This document shows positions 17,270 through 26,838 of a DNA stretch of 64,000 nucleotides, piece after piece. Source of the DNA: a virus. The stretch covers positions 86,108 to 150,107 of the IMG/VR virus record IMGVR_UViG_3300027708_000025. One strand, written 5' to 3'. The position numbers and the translations under genes were made by a program. The notes under the pieces are model-generated. The model was not told the DNA's origin and did no database searches. It saw only the letters and a program-made list of their open reading frames with translations. Within the stretch, counting starts at the first letter, position 1. Each line of letters opens with the position of its first letter.

Positions 17270-18362
17270 ACAGGTCTCCTTCCGAGATTGCATCTATGAC
17301 TAAGTGAATTCTATTTTCAGTTCCATTGTTGATAGCTTGATGTGGCTTACGTGTATCTAGAAACCACAAGTCTCCAACATCCATATGTACCTTTTGTGGA
17401 TTGCCTTTTGGATCCCACACAGTAAAAATCATGTTTGGATTAGTAATGATTGGTATGTGTAGTCTTGCAAGTTTGCCTTTAGAACCACCAGAGTCTTTAT
17501 CTACTTGATCGGTATGTCGTTCAAGTTCTCCACCGCCAGGTTTCAATTGCATGAAACGAACACGATGCACTTGTTTATATTTACTCAACAACTCACGCAC
17601 TTCAGGAAACATATCATAGAGTGGTGTGTCTTGCAATTCAAATTTTATGTCTTTGTTTTTTTCTTTCCAGTCATCACTCATCTCTGAAGGCTTTGTAATG
17701 AAGTCTGATTCTGGACGATAGCCACGTAGTGACAATGCAGACCATGCTTTATCTTTGTTGTAGTTACTATAATGATTTGTGAATGCTGGTAACGTTGCTA
17801 ACTTAGCAGAAACAGATTCAATAAATTCTGATGTGATTGCACCAATCTTTTTGATGCTTAGATATTCTGTTGATTCAACTTTAGGAAATGAACGTGGAAT
17901 AGGACTGTTACTCTTAAAGTAAATTGCATGTACTTCTCCGTATGTTGTAATCTTAGGACCAACATAACAGAAACCCAACTCTTCAGCTAAGTCACAATGT
18001 GCTTTGTTTTCTGCCCATACAGTTAACCAAAAATTGTTTCCTGACAATAAAGAAATTTGATGCTTAATCGTATTAATATTGCCTGAAAGTTTTCCGATTG
18101 AAACATCACCTTTTACTTTTGTTGCAATAACTGTGTCTCCATGCATTGTAATATCTGATGCAACTTTACTATTCGTAACTTCAAACATTGAAGGTTCAAG
18201 ACCAAATTCACTAAAAATAAGATTACCTTTTTTCAAAGACTCTGCAATGTTGTTCTTCTTATACTTTGCGAAAGGAGATAATGTATATGCATTGTAGTCT
18301 GCATACTGTGCCTCAAGCCCTTTGAGATAATCTATGTCATATCCATGTTGCCAAGGTTTCAT
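17250..18362 (-). CDS. Fusion protein: N-terminal GNAT-like domain plus C-terminal 2OG-Fe(II) dioxygenase (Asp/Asn beta-hydroxylase-like)
   Basis: C-terminal RVRFMQLKPGG..HTD, RLHIPIITN, KPHQAINNG..RIHLVID (HxD...H...R); N-terminal WLTVWAENKAHCDLAEELGFCYVG resembles GNAT motif B. Confidence 0.8.
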   Translation of the reverse strand: MKPWQHGYDIDYLKGLEAQYADYNAYTLSPFAKYKKNNIAESLKKGNLIFSEFGLEPSMFEVTNSKVASDITMHGDTVIATKVKGDVSIGKLSGNINTIKHQISLLSGNNFWLTVWAENKAHCDLAEELGFCYVGPKITTYGEVHAIYFKSNSPIPRSFPKVESTEYLSIKKIGAITSEFIESVSAKLATLPAFTNHYSNYNKDKAWSALSLRGYRPESDFITKPSEMSDDWKEKNKDIKFELQDTPLYDMFPEVRELLSKYKQVHRVRFMQLKPGGGELERHTDQVDKDSGGSKGKLARLHIPIITNPNMIFTVWDPKGNPQKVHMDVGDLWFLDTRKPHQAINNGTENRIHLVIDAISEGDLYESLVS

Positions 18363-18865
18363 TTTTTTACCTTACGTTTTAAAATCATGCGTTTGCGTAT
18401 AGCACGTTGTGTTTCAAATGATGATGCCTTTTGAGTATATACTTTTCCAAGCATATGGTCAAATTCGTGCAATGCAATTCGTGCAGTCATGCCAATAAAC
18501 TTTTCAGTTCTTGTTTCACCTGTCTCATCTTGAAAACGAATACGTATTGAGTCTGGACGTTTAACGTTTAGATACAATAGAGGAAAACTTAAACATCCTT
18601 CTTTCATTGTCAGTTCTTTATCTGATACATCAACTATTTTTGGATTAAATACTGCATATGGTTTCTCACTAGTTCTCATAACAAAAACACGATATGGTTG
18701 CCCAACTTGATTAGCTGACAATCCAAGTCCATCATTCTTAATCATCTTATCATGCAATGCTTGTGCAAACTCTTTTGGATCAAATGGTGGGTTATTAAAA
18801 TCAAACTCTTTACATTCTTGCAAAAGAACGGGTGATGTTTCCGAAACTAAATTCAATTCAATCAT
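18359..18865 (-). CDS. def: Peptide deformylase
   Basis: GLGLSANQVG, EGCLSF and HEFDHM motifs. Confidence 0.96.
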   Translation of the reverse strand: MIELNLVSETSPVLLQECKEFDFNNPPFDPKEFAQALHDKMIKNDGLGLSANQVGQPYRVFVMRTSEKPYAVFNPKIVDVSDKELTMKEGCLSFPLLYLNVKRPDSIRIRFQDETGETRTEKFIGMTARIALHEFDHMLGKVYTQKASSFETQRAIRKRMILKRKVKK

Positions 18866-20574
18866 TTTGTTATCCTTGAGAAATTATTTACTTTTTCAAA
18901 TCTAATCACGTTGGCAAACTTGTCTTGCAGAATATCACCTTTGTGTGATATGACAAACAGGTTTGATCCTTCAAGCATGTTTAGAATTTTCATCAAATCT
19001 TCTGTACCATTTGTATCTAATGATGAATCAAAGATTTCGTCAAGTATCAATATGTTTGTACTTGCTGAATTCTTCAACTTGGCAACAGCACGCCAAGTCA
19101 ACATCAATGCCATATCAATACGTTGCTTTTCACCTTCGCTGAATGATGCATATGTGAAATCATCACGATGGCGAGACTTGATTGTTTCTTTGAATGACTC
19201 ATCTAAATTAAAGTTCACAAAGAAATCTAATGATGCAAGATACTTGTTAACTAACTTGTTGATGACTGGTATGTATTGACGAATAATTTTCGTTTTGATA
19301 CCGGTATCTTTTAATAAGTTCGTTGCAATCTCATAATACAAACGTTCTTCAGAAATAACTTTAATCTCAGATTCCAATTCAGCAAGTTCTTGATTCAATG
19401 TTTCAAGTTTTGTTTGTTCAGTTTGCAGGTCATCTTTGACTAACGACAATCGTTCAATTTCTTTTTCAAGACTTTCAATGTATCTACGATTGGCTTTAAT
19501 CTCGCTCTGTTCAAATGTCAATTGTGAATTCAACGTTTGAATTTGTCCTACAATCTTTTCAATCTCATCACATCTAACATTAAGTGTATCAATCTCTTCA
19601 TCAACTTTTTTCAATGCGATATCAACTTCTTCAAGTTTTTTAGATCGCTCTTCAATGATGTGTGATTTGTATTCATCACCGATTGTCTGCTTACATGTTG
19701 GGCAATCATTGTTGTCGTGATAGAATGAAATGTCAGTATTAACTTTCTTAAGTGTTTTACCTAGATTGAGTTTGATGCCTGAGAATTTTGTTATCTTTCC
19801 ATCAACTTTATCTTTGTCTGAAATCTGTGTACACAAATCAGACAAACTTTGACGTAACGTTGTACAGTTAGTTTCACTCTCTATAACTAAATGTTGAGTG
19901 TTAGCAATGTCTTGTTGCTTAGATGAAAGTTGTGCGGCATTACTTTTGTTTAACGAATCAATAAATTGAATTTGATATTGTATCTTTTCACTCTTCAAAT
20001 CAACTGCGTATTTTGTTTGAGAATGTTTTTCTTTCAACAACAAAAACTTATCTTTAAGTGCGCTATTCATGCGAGAGAAGATTTGAATGTCTAACAAGTC
20101 TTCAATGATAGAACGTCTATCGCTTGCAGACAATTGCATGAATGGAGTAAATGATGCTGAACCCAATAGAACGATTTGAGTAAATGATTTATAGTTGAGT
20201 TTGAGAATGAATTTCTCTAGATGTTCCTGATAGTCTTTGACTGCGGCATCTTGATTGACTAGATGCCCATTACAATAAATCTCAAAGATATTTGGTTTGA
20301 TACCACGAACAATTTTGTATGTCTTGTTGCCTGTGTCAAATTCAATTTCGGCAACGCAATCTTTTTGATTGATCGTATTAACAAGTTGCCCTTTGTTAAT
20401 ATTGCGAAATGGTTTACCAAACAGCACAAAGCACAATGCGTCAAGCATCGTAGACTTACCTGAACCATTAGCGCCAACAATCAATGTAGTATTGTTGCTA
20501 TCTAAGTTCAGTTCAGTAAAAAAGTTACCTGTAGATAGAAGGTTCTTCCATCTTAAATTACGAAAAATTATCAT
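18862..20574 (-). CDS. gp46: Recombination endonuclease ATPase subunit (Rad50/SbcC-like)
   Basis: GANGSGKS, CPTC zinc hook, FSEGEK, LDEIFD and VISH motifs. Confidence 0.97.
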   Translation of the reverse strand: MIIFRNLRWKNLLSTGNFFTELNLDSNNTTLIVGANGSGKSTMLDALCFVLFGKPFRNINKGQLVNTINQKDCVAEIEFDTGNKTYKIVRGIKPNIFEIYCNGHLVNQDAAVKDYQEHLEKFILKLNYKSFTQIVLLGSASFTPFMQLSASDRRSIIEDLLDIQIFSRMNSALKDKFLLLKEKHSQTKYAVDLKSEKIQYQIQFIDSLNKSNAAQLSSKQQDIANTQHLVIESETNCTTLRQSLSDLCTQISDKDKVDGKITKFSGIKLNLGKTLKKVNTDISFYHDNNDCPTCKQTIGDEYKSHIIEERSKKLEEVDIALKKVDEEIDTLNVRCDEIEKIVGQIQTLNSQLTFEQSEIKANRRYIESLEKEIERLSLVKDDLQTEQTKLETLNQELAELESEIKVISEERLYYEIATNLLKDTGIKTKIIRQYIPVINKLVNKYLASLDFFVNFNLDESFKETIKSRHRDDFTYASFSEGEKQRIDMALMLTWRAVAKLKNSASTNILILDEIFDSSLDTNGTEDLMKILNMLEGSNLFVISHKGDILQDKFANVIRFEKVNNFSRITK

Positions 20575-21659
20575 TCAATGTTTTCTGTGGATAGTGCCTC
20601 AACATAAAGTTCACGCATCAATGTTTTAAGTTTATTTGTATCAGAAATATTTAGGCTTTGTGCATCAATGAATGTAGAAAGAATTGTCATAGTATCTTGC
20701 GCTTGGTCAATAATATCTTTTTCAGTTGTCTCTTCATTCAATTCTGTAAAGTCTTCAACAATTGTCACATCAACTGGACCAACTTTATAAATTTCATCTA
20801 TAAGTTTCTCAAACAAATATGGGTCTTGTTTATTAGCAACAATGACTTTCACATAAGCATTTGCATATTTACTGAAATCAAGTTTCTTTAAGTCTTCAAT
20901 TTTTAATTTGTCTGTGCTATTGTTATCGTCATAATTTACTTTGTAAAACATTCTGTGAGGATTCTCTAAGAATGTTGTCTTCATTGTTTCAGTATCTAAG
21001 ATGCCAAATTGTTTTTTATCTTTGTAGTCATTCCAAAACAATTCATATGGTGCACCAACATATGTGATGTTGTCGTGCTGTGATGGCGTATGATAGTGTC
21101 CGCTGTATACATGATTATAATTGTTTAGAAACTTATAGTCAAGTCCTTCATGGCTATCTACACCACGGAACAATGGAAAACCAGCGAGTTCAAAGTGTCC
21201 CATGCACAATGGAGAAGATGTGTTCTTTACAAACTCAAAAACTTCTGCTTCATTGCTTTTGCAAATCCATGGTATCATATCAATTTTGATTCCATCAACT
21301 TCAAGTGTTCCTGGTTTCTGCCATAGAACAATATTGTGATAGTCTCTCAACAACAAGTCTGGTGAATTAACTTCTAAACTTTCTTTCCAGAAGATATCGT
21401 GATTGCCAATCAATGCGTGAACAGTAATGCCTTCTTCAACGCATCTATCAAAAAAGTATCTACGACTTTCCATCAGCGAAAGAAAGTTAATATACTTTCG
21501 TCTGTCAAACAAATCACCAAGTTGAATGATTGTTCTTACGCCATGCTCTTCTAATTTTGGAAAGAATGTTTCATCATAAAATTTTTCATAGTAAGCATGA
21601 AACGCTTTGGAGTCATTTCTAACACCAAAGTGCGTATCACCTAATAGACATATTCTCAT
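20571..21659 (-). CDS. gp47: Recombination endonuclease nuclease subunit (Mre11/SbcD-like)
   Basis: GDTHFG, GDLFD, GNHD and SGHYH motifs. Confidence 0.97.
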   Translation of the reverse strand: MRICLLGDTHFGVRNDSKAFHAYYEKFYDETFFPKLEEHGVRTIIQLGDLFDRRKYINFLSLMESRRYFFDRCVEEGITVHALIGNHDIFWKESLEVNSPDLLLRDYHNIVLWQKPGTLEVDGIKIDMIPWICKSNEAEVFEFVKNTSSPLCMGHFELAGFPLFRGVDSHEGLDYKFLNNYNHVYSGHYHTPSQHDNITYVGAPYELFWNDYKDKKQFGILDTETMKTTFLENPHRMFYKVNYDDNNSTDKLKIEDLKKLDFSKYANAYVKVIVANKQDPYLFEKLIDEIYKVGPVDVTIVEDFTELNEETTEKDIIDQAQDTMTILSTFIDAQSLNISDTNKLKTLMRELYVEALSTENIE

Positions 21660-21825
21660 ACTTCCGTTGCCCTTGCTTCTTCATTGTTGTACCTAAAGAT
21701 TTATCAATTATAGCACGAATTGCAGTCAAATGCAAGATAGCGGCATCTCTTAAATCTTGCGGCGATCTTTTATTATTCACAATCTTTAGCCAGTTTTCAA
21801 GTTGGACTGGAATGGGTGTCTGCAT
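21637..21825 (-). CDS. Hypothetical 62-aa protein
   Basis: Start MQTPIPVQLENW at 21825 with GGAG SD; fills the gap between gp55 and gp47. Confidence 0.6.
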   Translation of the reverse strand: MQTPIPVQLENWLKIVNNKRSPQDLRDAAILHLTAIRAIIDKSLGTTMKKQGQRKYENMSIR

Positions 21826-22423
21826 TATCTTTCTCCAGAAATTCATCAAATATAGTTTCTTTCTTTTTCTTTCTAGGCTTTGCATTGGCAATCTTTTTTT
21901 CTTTGTTTGCTTCAAATGCATTAATGAAATCACTAATGAATTCTTCGCTGTATGCGTCATGTAATACTCCATTGAGTCCTGAAGTCACATAGTCTTCTCC
22001 ATTGTTTTCGATGAGTGAAGTAATGATAAGATTGTCCATGCTCTTGTATTTTATATATAAATGTTTTTTCTCTTTTTGAATTCTTCGCAAGAATGCATAG
22101 TAAATGATTTGAGTAAAGTATGCAAATGGATTTTTAGACTTCTCAGGATCAAAGTTATCAATGTACAGTAGACAGTTTTCAATACCATCAGATACCATAT
22201 CTTCTTTGAATGTATAGTTTGCAAAGTTTGGTTTACGTGCCAAGTGCGTTGCAATTTTAAACAAGCATTCGCCAATGTACTCAGGTACTCTTGGACGTTC
22301 TCCATTTATTTCTTTTGCTTCTTTAACAGCCGCACGAAAAACAACCATCTCTTGTAGGAAATGTTCGTTGTTTACGTAATGCTTCACTTTTGTTGTTTTC
22401 ACGGTAGTGGTAGTAATAGTCAT
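21797..22423 (-). CDS. gp55: Late-transcription sigma factor
   Basis: HYVNN, YIGECL.KIA, PNFANYT, NFDPEKS.NPFAYFTQI..AFLRRIQKEKK. Confidence 0.97.
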   Translation of the reverse strand: MTITTTTVKTTKVKHYVNNEHFLQEMVVFRAAVKEAKEINGERPRVPEYIGECLFKIATHLARKPNFANYTFKEDMVSDGIENCLLYIDNFDPEKSKNPFAYFTQIIYYAFLRRIQKEKKHLYIKYKSMDNLIITSLIENNGEDYVTSGLNGVLHDAYSEEFISDFINAFEANKEKKIANAKPRKKKKETIFDEFLEKDNADTHSSPT

Positions 22424-22439
22424 GTTTCACCTCAGTTAG

Positions 22440-22468
22440 TTGACAAACACTTGACAATGAGTTATTAT
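22440..22468 (+). promoter_or_regulatory. Candidate antisense sigma70-type promoter
   Basis: Plus strand TTGACA-17 bp-TATTAT with a second TTGACA 11 bp downstream of the first. Confidence 0.45.
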
Positions 22469-22492
22469 TGCTGTGTCCTGTTTGATAAAGAC

Positions 22493-22891
22493 TTAATGTA
22501 ATATATGATTGTTAGATGAAGTCATTGCCATTCTCATCCTATCAATCTCTTCCTTAATTTCAGACATCCTGTCTTCCGATTGATTTTCATCATCAATCTC
22601 AATATCAGGTTCATTGTCCGAATCAAATTCGTTATACGCTTCCCCATAAACTCTAACAATTTCTGTAGTAGCTTCTGATACGGAAACAATACTTTGCTTA
22701 AAGATTCTAGCGGGAATGCTAAAATTCATAAGTGGATCCCATTTTGTAAGAGATAAACTATACATGTGTTCATCTCTAGGAACAACAACAACTCTCATAG
22801 GGCGATGCACTTCAATGAAGCCTCTACTTTCTTCAACAACATTTCCGATGAGAGTATCACCGTTTGTTAATTTTAGTACTTTGCACAGCAT
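22493..22891 (-). CDS. Hypothetical protein, probable Sm-like fold
   Basis: VLKLTNGDTLIG N-terminus similar to ORF 3630..3935; coupled to the uvsW stop. Confidence 0.75.
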   Translation of the reverse strand: MLCKVLKLTNGDTLIGNVVEESRGFIEVHRPMRVVVVPRDEHMYSLSLTKWDPLMNFSIPARIFKQSIVSVSEATTEIVRVYGEAYNEFDSDNEPDIEIDDENQSEDRMSEIKEEIDRMRMAMTSSNNHILH

Positions 22892-24351
22892 TATTCTTCC
22901 TTTAAATTTAACGTATAGATTTTATATTCAAACTTTTCATCGTTGTAGATTTTCATCCGTTCAATAAAATGTTCTAACGTAAAATTCTTTCTACTTTTAT
23001 AAGTCATGTCATCAGATATGTCATATAGAATAGCTTCTTTTTTATTGTCACCCAAACGCAATCCTCGCCCAATAGACTGTAGTGTTCTAATCTTACTCTT
23101 GCTTGGTGAAGCAAAAATAACATTGTGTAGATTACGAATATTGATACCAGTAGAGAATGTTCCATACGATGCTACGATGATTGCATTCTCTTCTTCTTCA
23201 GTAATTCTACGAACTTCTTCTCGTTCATCTACTCCAACAGCACCATGAATAAAAAATACAGGTCTATTTTCTTCTACTGCGTCCTTAATCATATTATACA
23301 GTATTCTGCCGTGCTTTTCAACGAATTGATACAGCAACAGAGTGTTACCTTCTAAACCCATAGTTAGATTTCTAATGAATCTATTACGTGACGGCTTACC
23401 TATAATATAATTTATCTCATCTTGATATTTAAAATTCTTACCTAGCTTACATGATTCTTCGTTATGCTTAAGCACCAATGCTTTGATTCTAAACTTAGCT
23501 AATCGTCCAGAGTCAATCAATTCTTTTGTTGTTGTAATCTGTTTGACTTTACCAAACAATCCTTCTAAAACTAATCTATGTGTCTGTGTGCCATCTAGTG
23601 TGCCTGTCAATCCAAATCTATATTTGCACTCTGTTAGTTTTGTTAGAATTGATATCAACGACTTTGCTTTAAACAAATGCGCTTCATCTCCAACAACTAA
23701 TTCAAATTCTTCAAACCATTCTTTTGGCATCTTGTAAATTGATTGCCATGTAGATATGACAATGGGGCAATCAGTTTCTTTGCTTGCACCTGACATAATC
23801 TGGTGTATGTATTTATCACTCTCGAATCCATAGTCTGCAAAGTCTTTGTATAACTGTGCAACAAGTGATATCGTAGGAACAATGATAAGAGTTTTGCAAT
23901 TTAAATATCTCGCAATGAGATATATGATAAGCGACTTGCCAGATGCTGTTGGTGATACTAATAAGTTTCTTCTACTACGTACTGCATGAATGAATGCATC
24001 TATTTGATAGTCTCTAACTTCAAATGGTACACCTAGCGTATCAATAAAGTCTTTTGCTTCTGTTACAGAAAATTCGTCATACGTTTCTACTGATTCATCA
24101 AATTCAATTACGTAGTCACGTTCTTTAGCAAACTTTTCTAAGTATGGAATCAAACCATAATAAATTTGTCTGTTCTGAGAATTGAATAGACGTATCTTTC
24201 CATCCCACACTTTGTTTCTGAATGCGGGCATGAATTTGTAACCGGGAACGTAGAACGTGAAGTATTCATTCAACTCCATTGCATCGGAGTTCTCACACTT
24301 GATGTGTGCGTAGACTTCATCTACTTTTGAGATATAGAGTTTATTGTACAC
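22891..24351 (-). CDS. uvsW: RNA-DNA/DNA-DNA helicase UvsW
   Basis: WDGKIRLF, RDYQ, SPTASGKS, DEAH, TGT and QSIGRGLR motifs. Confidence 0.97.
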   Translation of the reverse strand: MYNKLYISKVDEVYAHIKCENSDAMELNEYFTFYVPGYKFMPAFRNKVWDGKIRLFNSQNRQIYYGLIPYLEKFAKERDYVIEFDESVETYDEFSVTEAKDFIDTLGVPFEVRDYQIDAFIHAVRSRRNLLVSPTASGKSLIIYLIARYLNCKTLIIVPTISLVAQLYKDFADYGFESDKYIHQIMSGASKETDCPIVISTWQSIYKMPKEWFEEFELVVGDEAHLFKAKSLISILTKLTECKYRFGLTGTLDGTQTHRLVLEGLFGKVKQITTTKELIDSGRLAKFRIKALVLKHNEESCKLGKNFKYQDEINYIIGKPSRNRFIRNLTMGLEGNTLLLYQFVEKHGRILYNMIKDAVEENRPVFFIHGAVGVDEREEVRRITEEEENAIIVASYGTFSTGINIRNLHNVIFASPSKSKIRTLQSIGRGLRLGDNKKEAILYDISDDMTYKSRKNFTLEHFIERMKIYNDEKFEYKIYTLNLKEE

Positions 24352-24778
24352 CTTGCGTAAACTTCTTCCATTCTATAGCATTCTTAATCTGAAAATTGCG
24401 TTGGTTGACGTTCTTAAGTACTTCTTCCAGAAACGCTAATTTTTCTTTTTGATTGATTATGCGAACATTGTTGTGTATAATATCTTTATCAGAGTCAAGA
24501 TACATATCAACTTCATTCTTCATCAAACGTTTAACGAAAGGCTCCCAATTGAGTTCGTCAAGTTCTTCTTGTGAAAGTTTTCCATTGTAATACTCATACT
24601 TCTTCAAAGATAAATCTTTGCTTTGAAACTCAAGTGCTTTGAGTTTGCGTCTTTCATCAAAATAAATTTTGAGATATTTGCTGTGCAGTTCTGGTATCTT
24701 CAAAGATGCGATACCTAACTCTGTGGAGTCAACTGTAGCGTCAAGTCTCCACTCTTCCATCATTTGATCTAACGTCAT
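24341..24778 (-). CDS. uvsY: Recombination mediator UvsY
   Basis: IPELHSKYL, EYYNGK and RNFQIKNAIEWKKF motifs. Confidence 0.94.
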   Translation of the reverse strand: MTLDQMMEEWRLDATVDSTELGIASLKIPELHSKYLKIYFDERRKLKALEFQSKDLSLKKYEYYNGKLSQEELDELNWEPFVKRLMKNEVDMYLDSDKDIIHNNVRIINQKEKLAFLEEVLKNVNQRNFQIKNAIEWKKFTQGVQ

Positions 24779-24813
24779 AATAATCCTTCAATTCAATATT
24801 CGTATTCATCATT

Positions 24814-24842
24814 ATAATAACACATTCCAAGGCAAATGTCAA
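24814..24842 (-). promoter_or_regulatory. Sigma70-type promoter for uvsY-uvsW
   Basis: TTGACA-17 bp-TATTAT with TGn extension; the -35 overlaps the gp3 stop. Confidence 0.7.
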
Positions 24843-25354
24843 ATGTTTGTTGCTTCGTAGTAGGTGTAGTTAAACGTTACTGTAGAGGTAATAAACTCTT
24901 GATTGTCCACGGCTGAAAATTGCATGTCTCCCAATTCGGTAGGATATGCACCATAGAAATCAATTTTAAAGTTTGGATTGTTTGCGTTTGTTTTAATGAA
25001 TAGTGTTGCATCAGAAGTTACGCTGTCAAGCAATTCATCATTATCTTTTAGCCCACCTCTTTTATCATAGCCTTTTGGATTACCTAGTTTAAATATCCAA
25101 TTATATAATTCATACCATGATTGCATATCTTCATCGACTATAAACGTCAATGTTAATGTGCCAAAGCTGATTTGATTTCCTGGTACACTCAATGCAGAAA
25201 ATGGTGTGTTAATGCTAGTTGATTGTAGCGACATGCTTGGTAAATTTACAGCTTGCACAAAATATGTGAAGTTGGGAATTCGTCTAAGAACAAAATCAAA
25301 TTTATTATTAGAAAGAAAACTTCTATTTGCTGGTGTTGTTGATAGTGTAGCCAT
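24839..25354 (-). CDS. gp3: Tail tube terminator / tail completion protein
   Basis: FLSNNKF.F, VNLP, FIVDEDM..W.E.Y.W and SDATL motifs; position after gp23. Confidence 0.88.
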   Translation of the reverse strand: MATLSTTPANRSFLSNNKFDFVLRRIPNFTYFVQAVNLPSMSLQSTSINTPFSALSVPGNQISFGTLTLTFIVDEDMQSWYELYNWIFKLGNPKGYDKRGGLKDNDELLDSVTSDATLFIKTNANNPNFKIDFYGAYPTELGDMQFSAVDNQEFITSTVTFNYTYYEATNI

Positions 25355-25386
25355 GTTATCTCCTCTTGTCTTCTATTTATGCAGAC

Positions 25387-25413
25387 AAAAAAAGAGGACC
25401 CTAAGGTCCTCTT
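25387..25413 (-). terminator. Intrinsic terminator after major capsid gene
   Basis: AAGAGGACC-TTAG-GGTCCTCTT followed by TTTTT. Confidence 0.88.
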
Positions 25414-25444
25414 CTTAATACCGATGTGTTCTCGGTTTAATCAA

Positions 25445-26797
25445 TTACATCAAGTTCGTAATTGAAAATCTACGATAGTAGATGTTCTTGTTAGCGAAAG
25501 TCAATGTACCATCAGCAGCCGATGTTGCGAATGGGTTTGCGACCATACCGTAACGTGTTTTGAAACCAATCTTTGGTTGGAATGTGTCTTGACCAACTGC
25601 ACGAACCATTTGCAATGGAACGTATGGGCAATAGAACAAGCCAGCATCAAAAGCTGAAGTGCCTTTGTAGCCGATTGTTGCATAGTGTGTACCAGATGTT
25701 GCGGCAAAATATGGATCAATATAAACTTTGATACGACCATTCAATACACCAGCGAATGTGTTACCTGTGTCATCAACTTGTAAGTTGTTAGATGCAAGTG
25801 CTGGAGTGTAATCAAGAACACCAGCCATTTGCAATGCAGATGCTACGTCTGAAGAACAGATAAGCACGTTACCTTTACCTCTACGAGTTGCTTTAGCAAT
25901 TGCATTGGCTTCACGCTCTAATTGGAACATCAAACCTTTGAACTTCTCAACAGACCAACGACCGTTAGAGTCAACATCAAGGTTGAATGTGCCAGCAGTT
26001 GTAACGTTCTCTTGTGCGCCAATAGTAGCTGTCAAGTTGATAGTACGAACAACTTCACGGTTAATTTCAGCTAAGATTTCTGTAGAAAGAATGTTTGCTA
26101 ATTCTTGTTCAGCATCCAAACCATGGACTGCTTTCAAGTCTTGTGCAAGTTCCATTGTGTATTCTGCTTTCAAAGCACGGCTCTTTGCAGTAACAGCAAT
26201 CTTTTCAATGGAGAATGCCATCTCTTGGAATTGATTACCAGAACCATCACCTAATGCTTCAGCATTGGCTGTTGTCATACCTGTACCACGTGTGTACTCT
26301 GTACCACCTGACAAGTCAGCTGGAGATGCACCTGTGTGGGCTGCGGCAACTGGAGATGTTCCACCTGCAACAGAAGAGAATGAAGTGTTTGCTTCGTTGA
26401 ACAATGCTTCAGTTCCACCTTGTGTGGTGTAACGGCTACGCATTGCAAAGATCAAGCCTGTTGGACCTGTCATTGGTTGAACACCGCAAATGTCGTATGC
26501 GATTAAGTTAGGTGCAGAACGGCGAACCAAGCTAATTAAAACTGGATCATAAATGTCGATTGCACCATCGGCCGCTGTAGATGAAGATGCGCCCATTGCG
26601 TTAGCAGGTGCAGTTTCAGACAACAACGATGTTTGATTGCGATAACCACCAGAACCCTGTGCATCTTCACGGCAAGCACGTTCTTGGTTCTCAAGAAGTT
26701 GTGCTGTTACGGCACGCTTATGGGAATCCTTGATTGAGGCTAAAGCGCCATGGTCAAGAACTGGTGCCCATTTTTTTAAAAGATTTTCTACGCTCAT
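25445..26797 (-). CDS. gp23: Major capsid protein
   Basis: KWAPVL, LLENQ, GVQPMTGPTGLIFAMR, SRALKAEYT.ELAQDLKAVHGLDAE and QPKIGFKTRYG motifs. Confidence 0.99.
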   Translation of the reverse strand: MSVENLLKKWAPVLDHGALASIKDSHKRAVTAQLLENQERACREDAQGSGGYRNQTSLLSETAPANAMGASSSTAADGAIDIYDPVLISLVRRSAPNLIAYDICGVQPMTGPTGLIFAMRSRYTTQGGTEALFNEANTSFSSVAGGTSPVAAAHTGASPADLSGGTEYTRGTGMTTANAEALGDGSGNQFQEMAFSIEKIAVTAKSRALKAEYTMELAQDLKAVHGLDAEQELANILSTEILAEINREVVRTINLTATIGAQENVTTAGTFNLDVDSNGRWSVEKFKGLMFQLEREANAIAKATRRGKGNVLICSSDVASALQMAGVLDYTPALASNNLQVDDTGNTFAGVLNGRIKVYIDPYFAATSGTHYATIGYKGTSAFDAGLFYCPYVPLQMVRAVGQDTFQPKIGFKTRYGMVANPFATSAADGTLTFANKNIYYRRFSITNLM

Positions 26798-26825
26798 GTT
26801 TTTCTCCTTTGAGTATTGTTTAATT

Positions 26826-26833
26826 TATTTATA
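26826..26833 (-). promoter_or_regulatory. T4-type late promoter
   Basis: TATAAATA upstream of gp23. Confidence 0.85.
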
Positions 26834-26838
26834 AAAAC

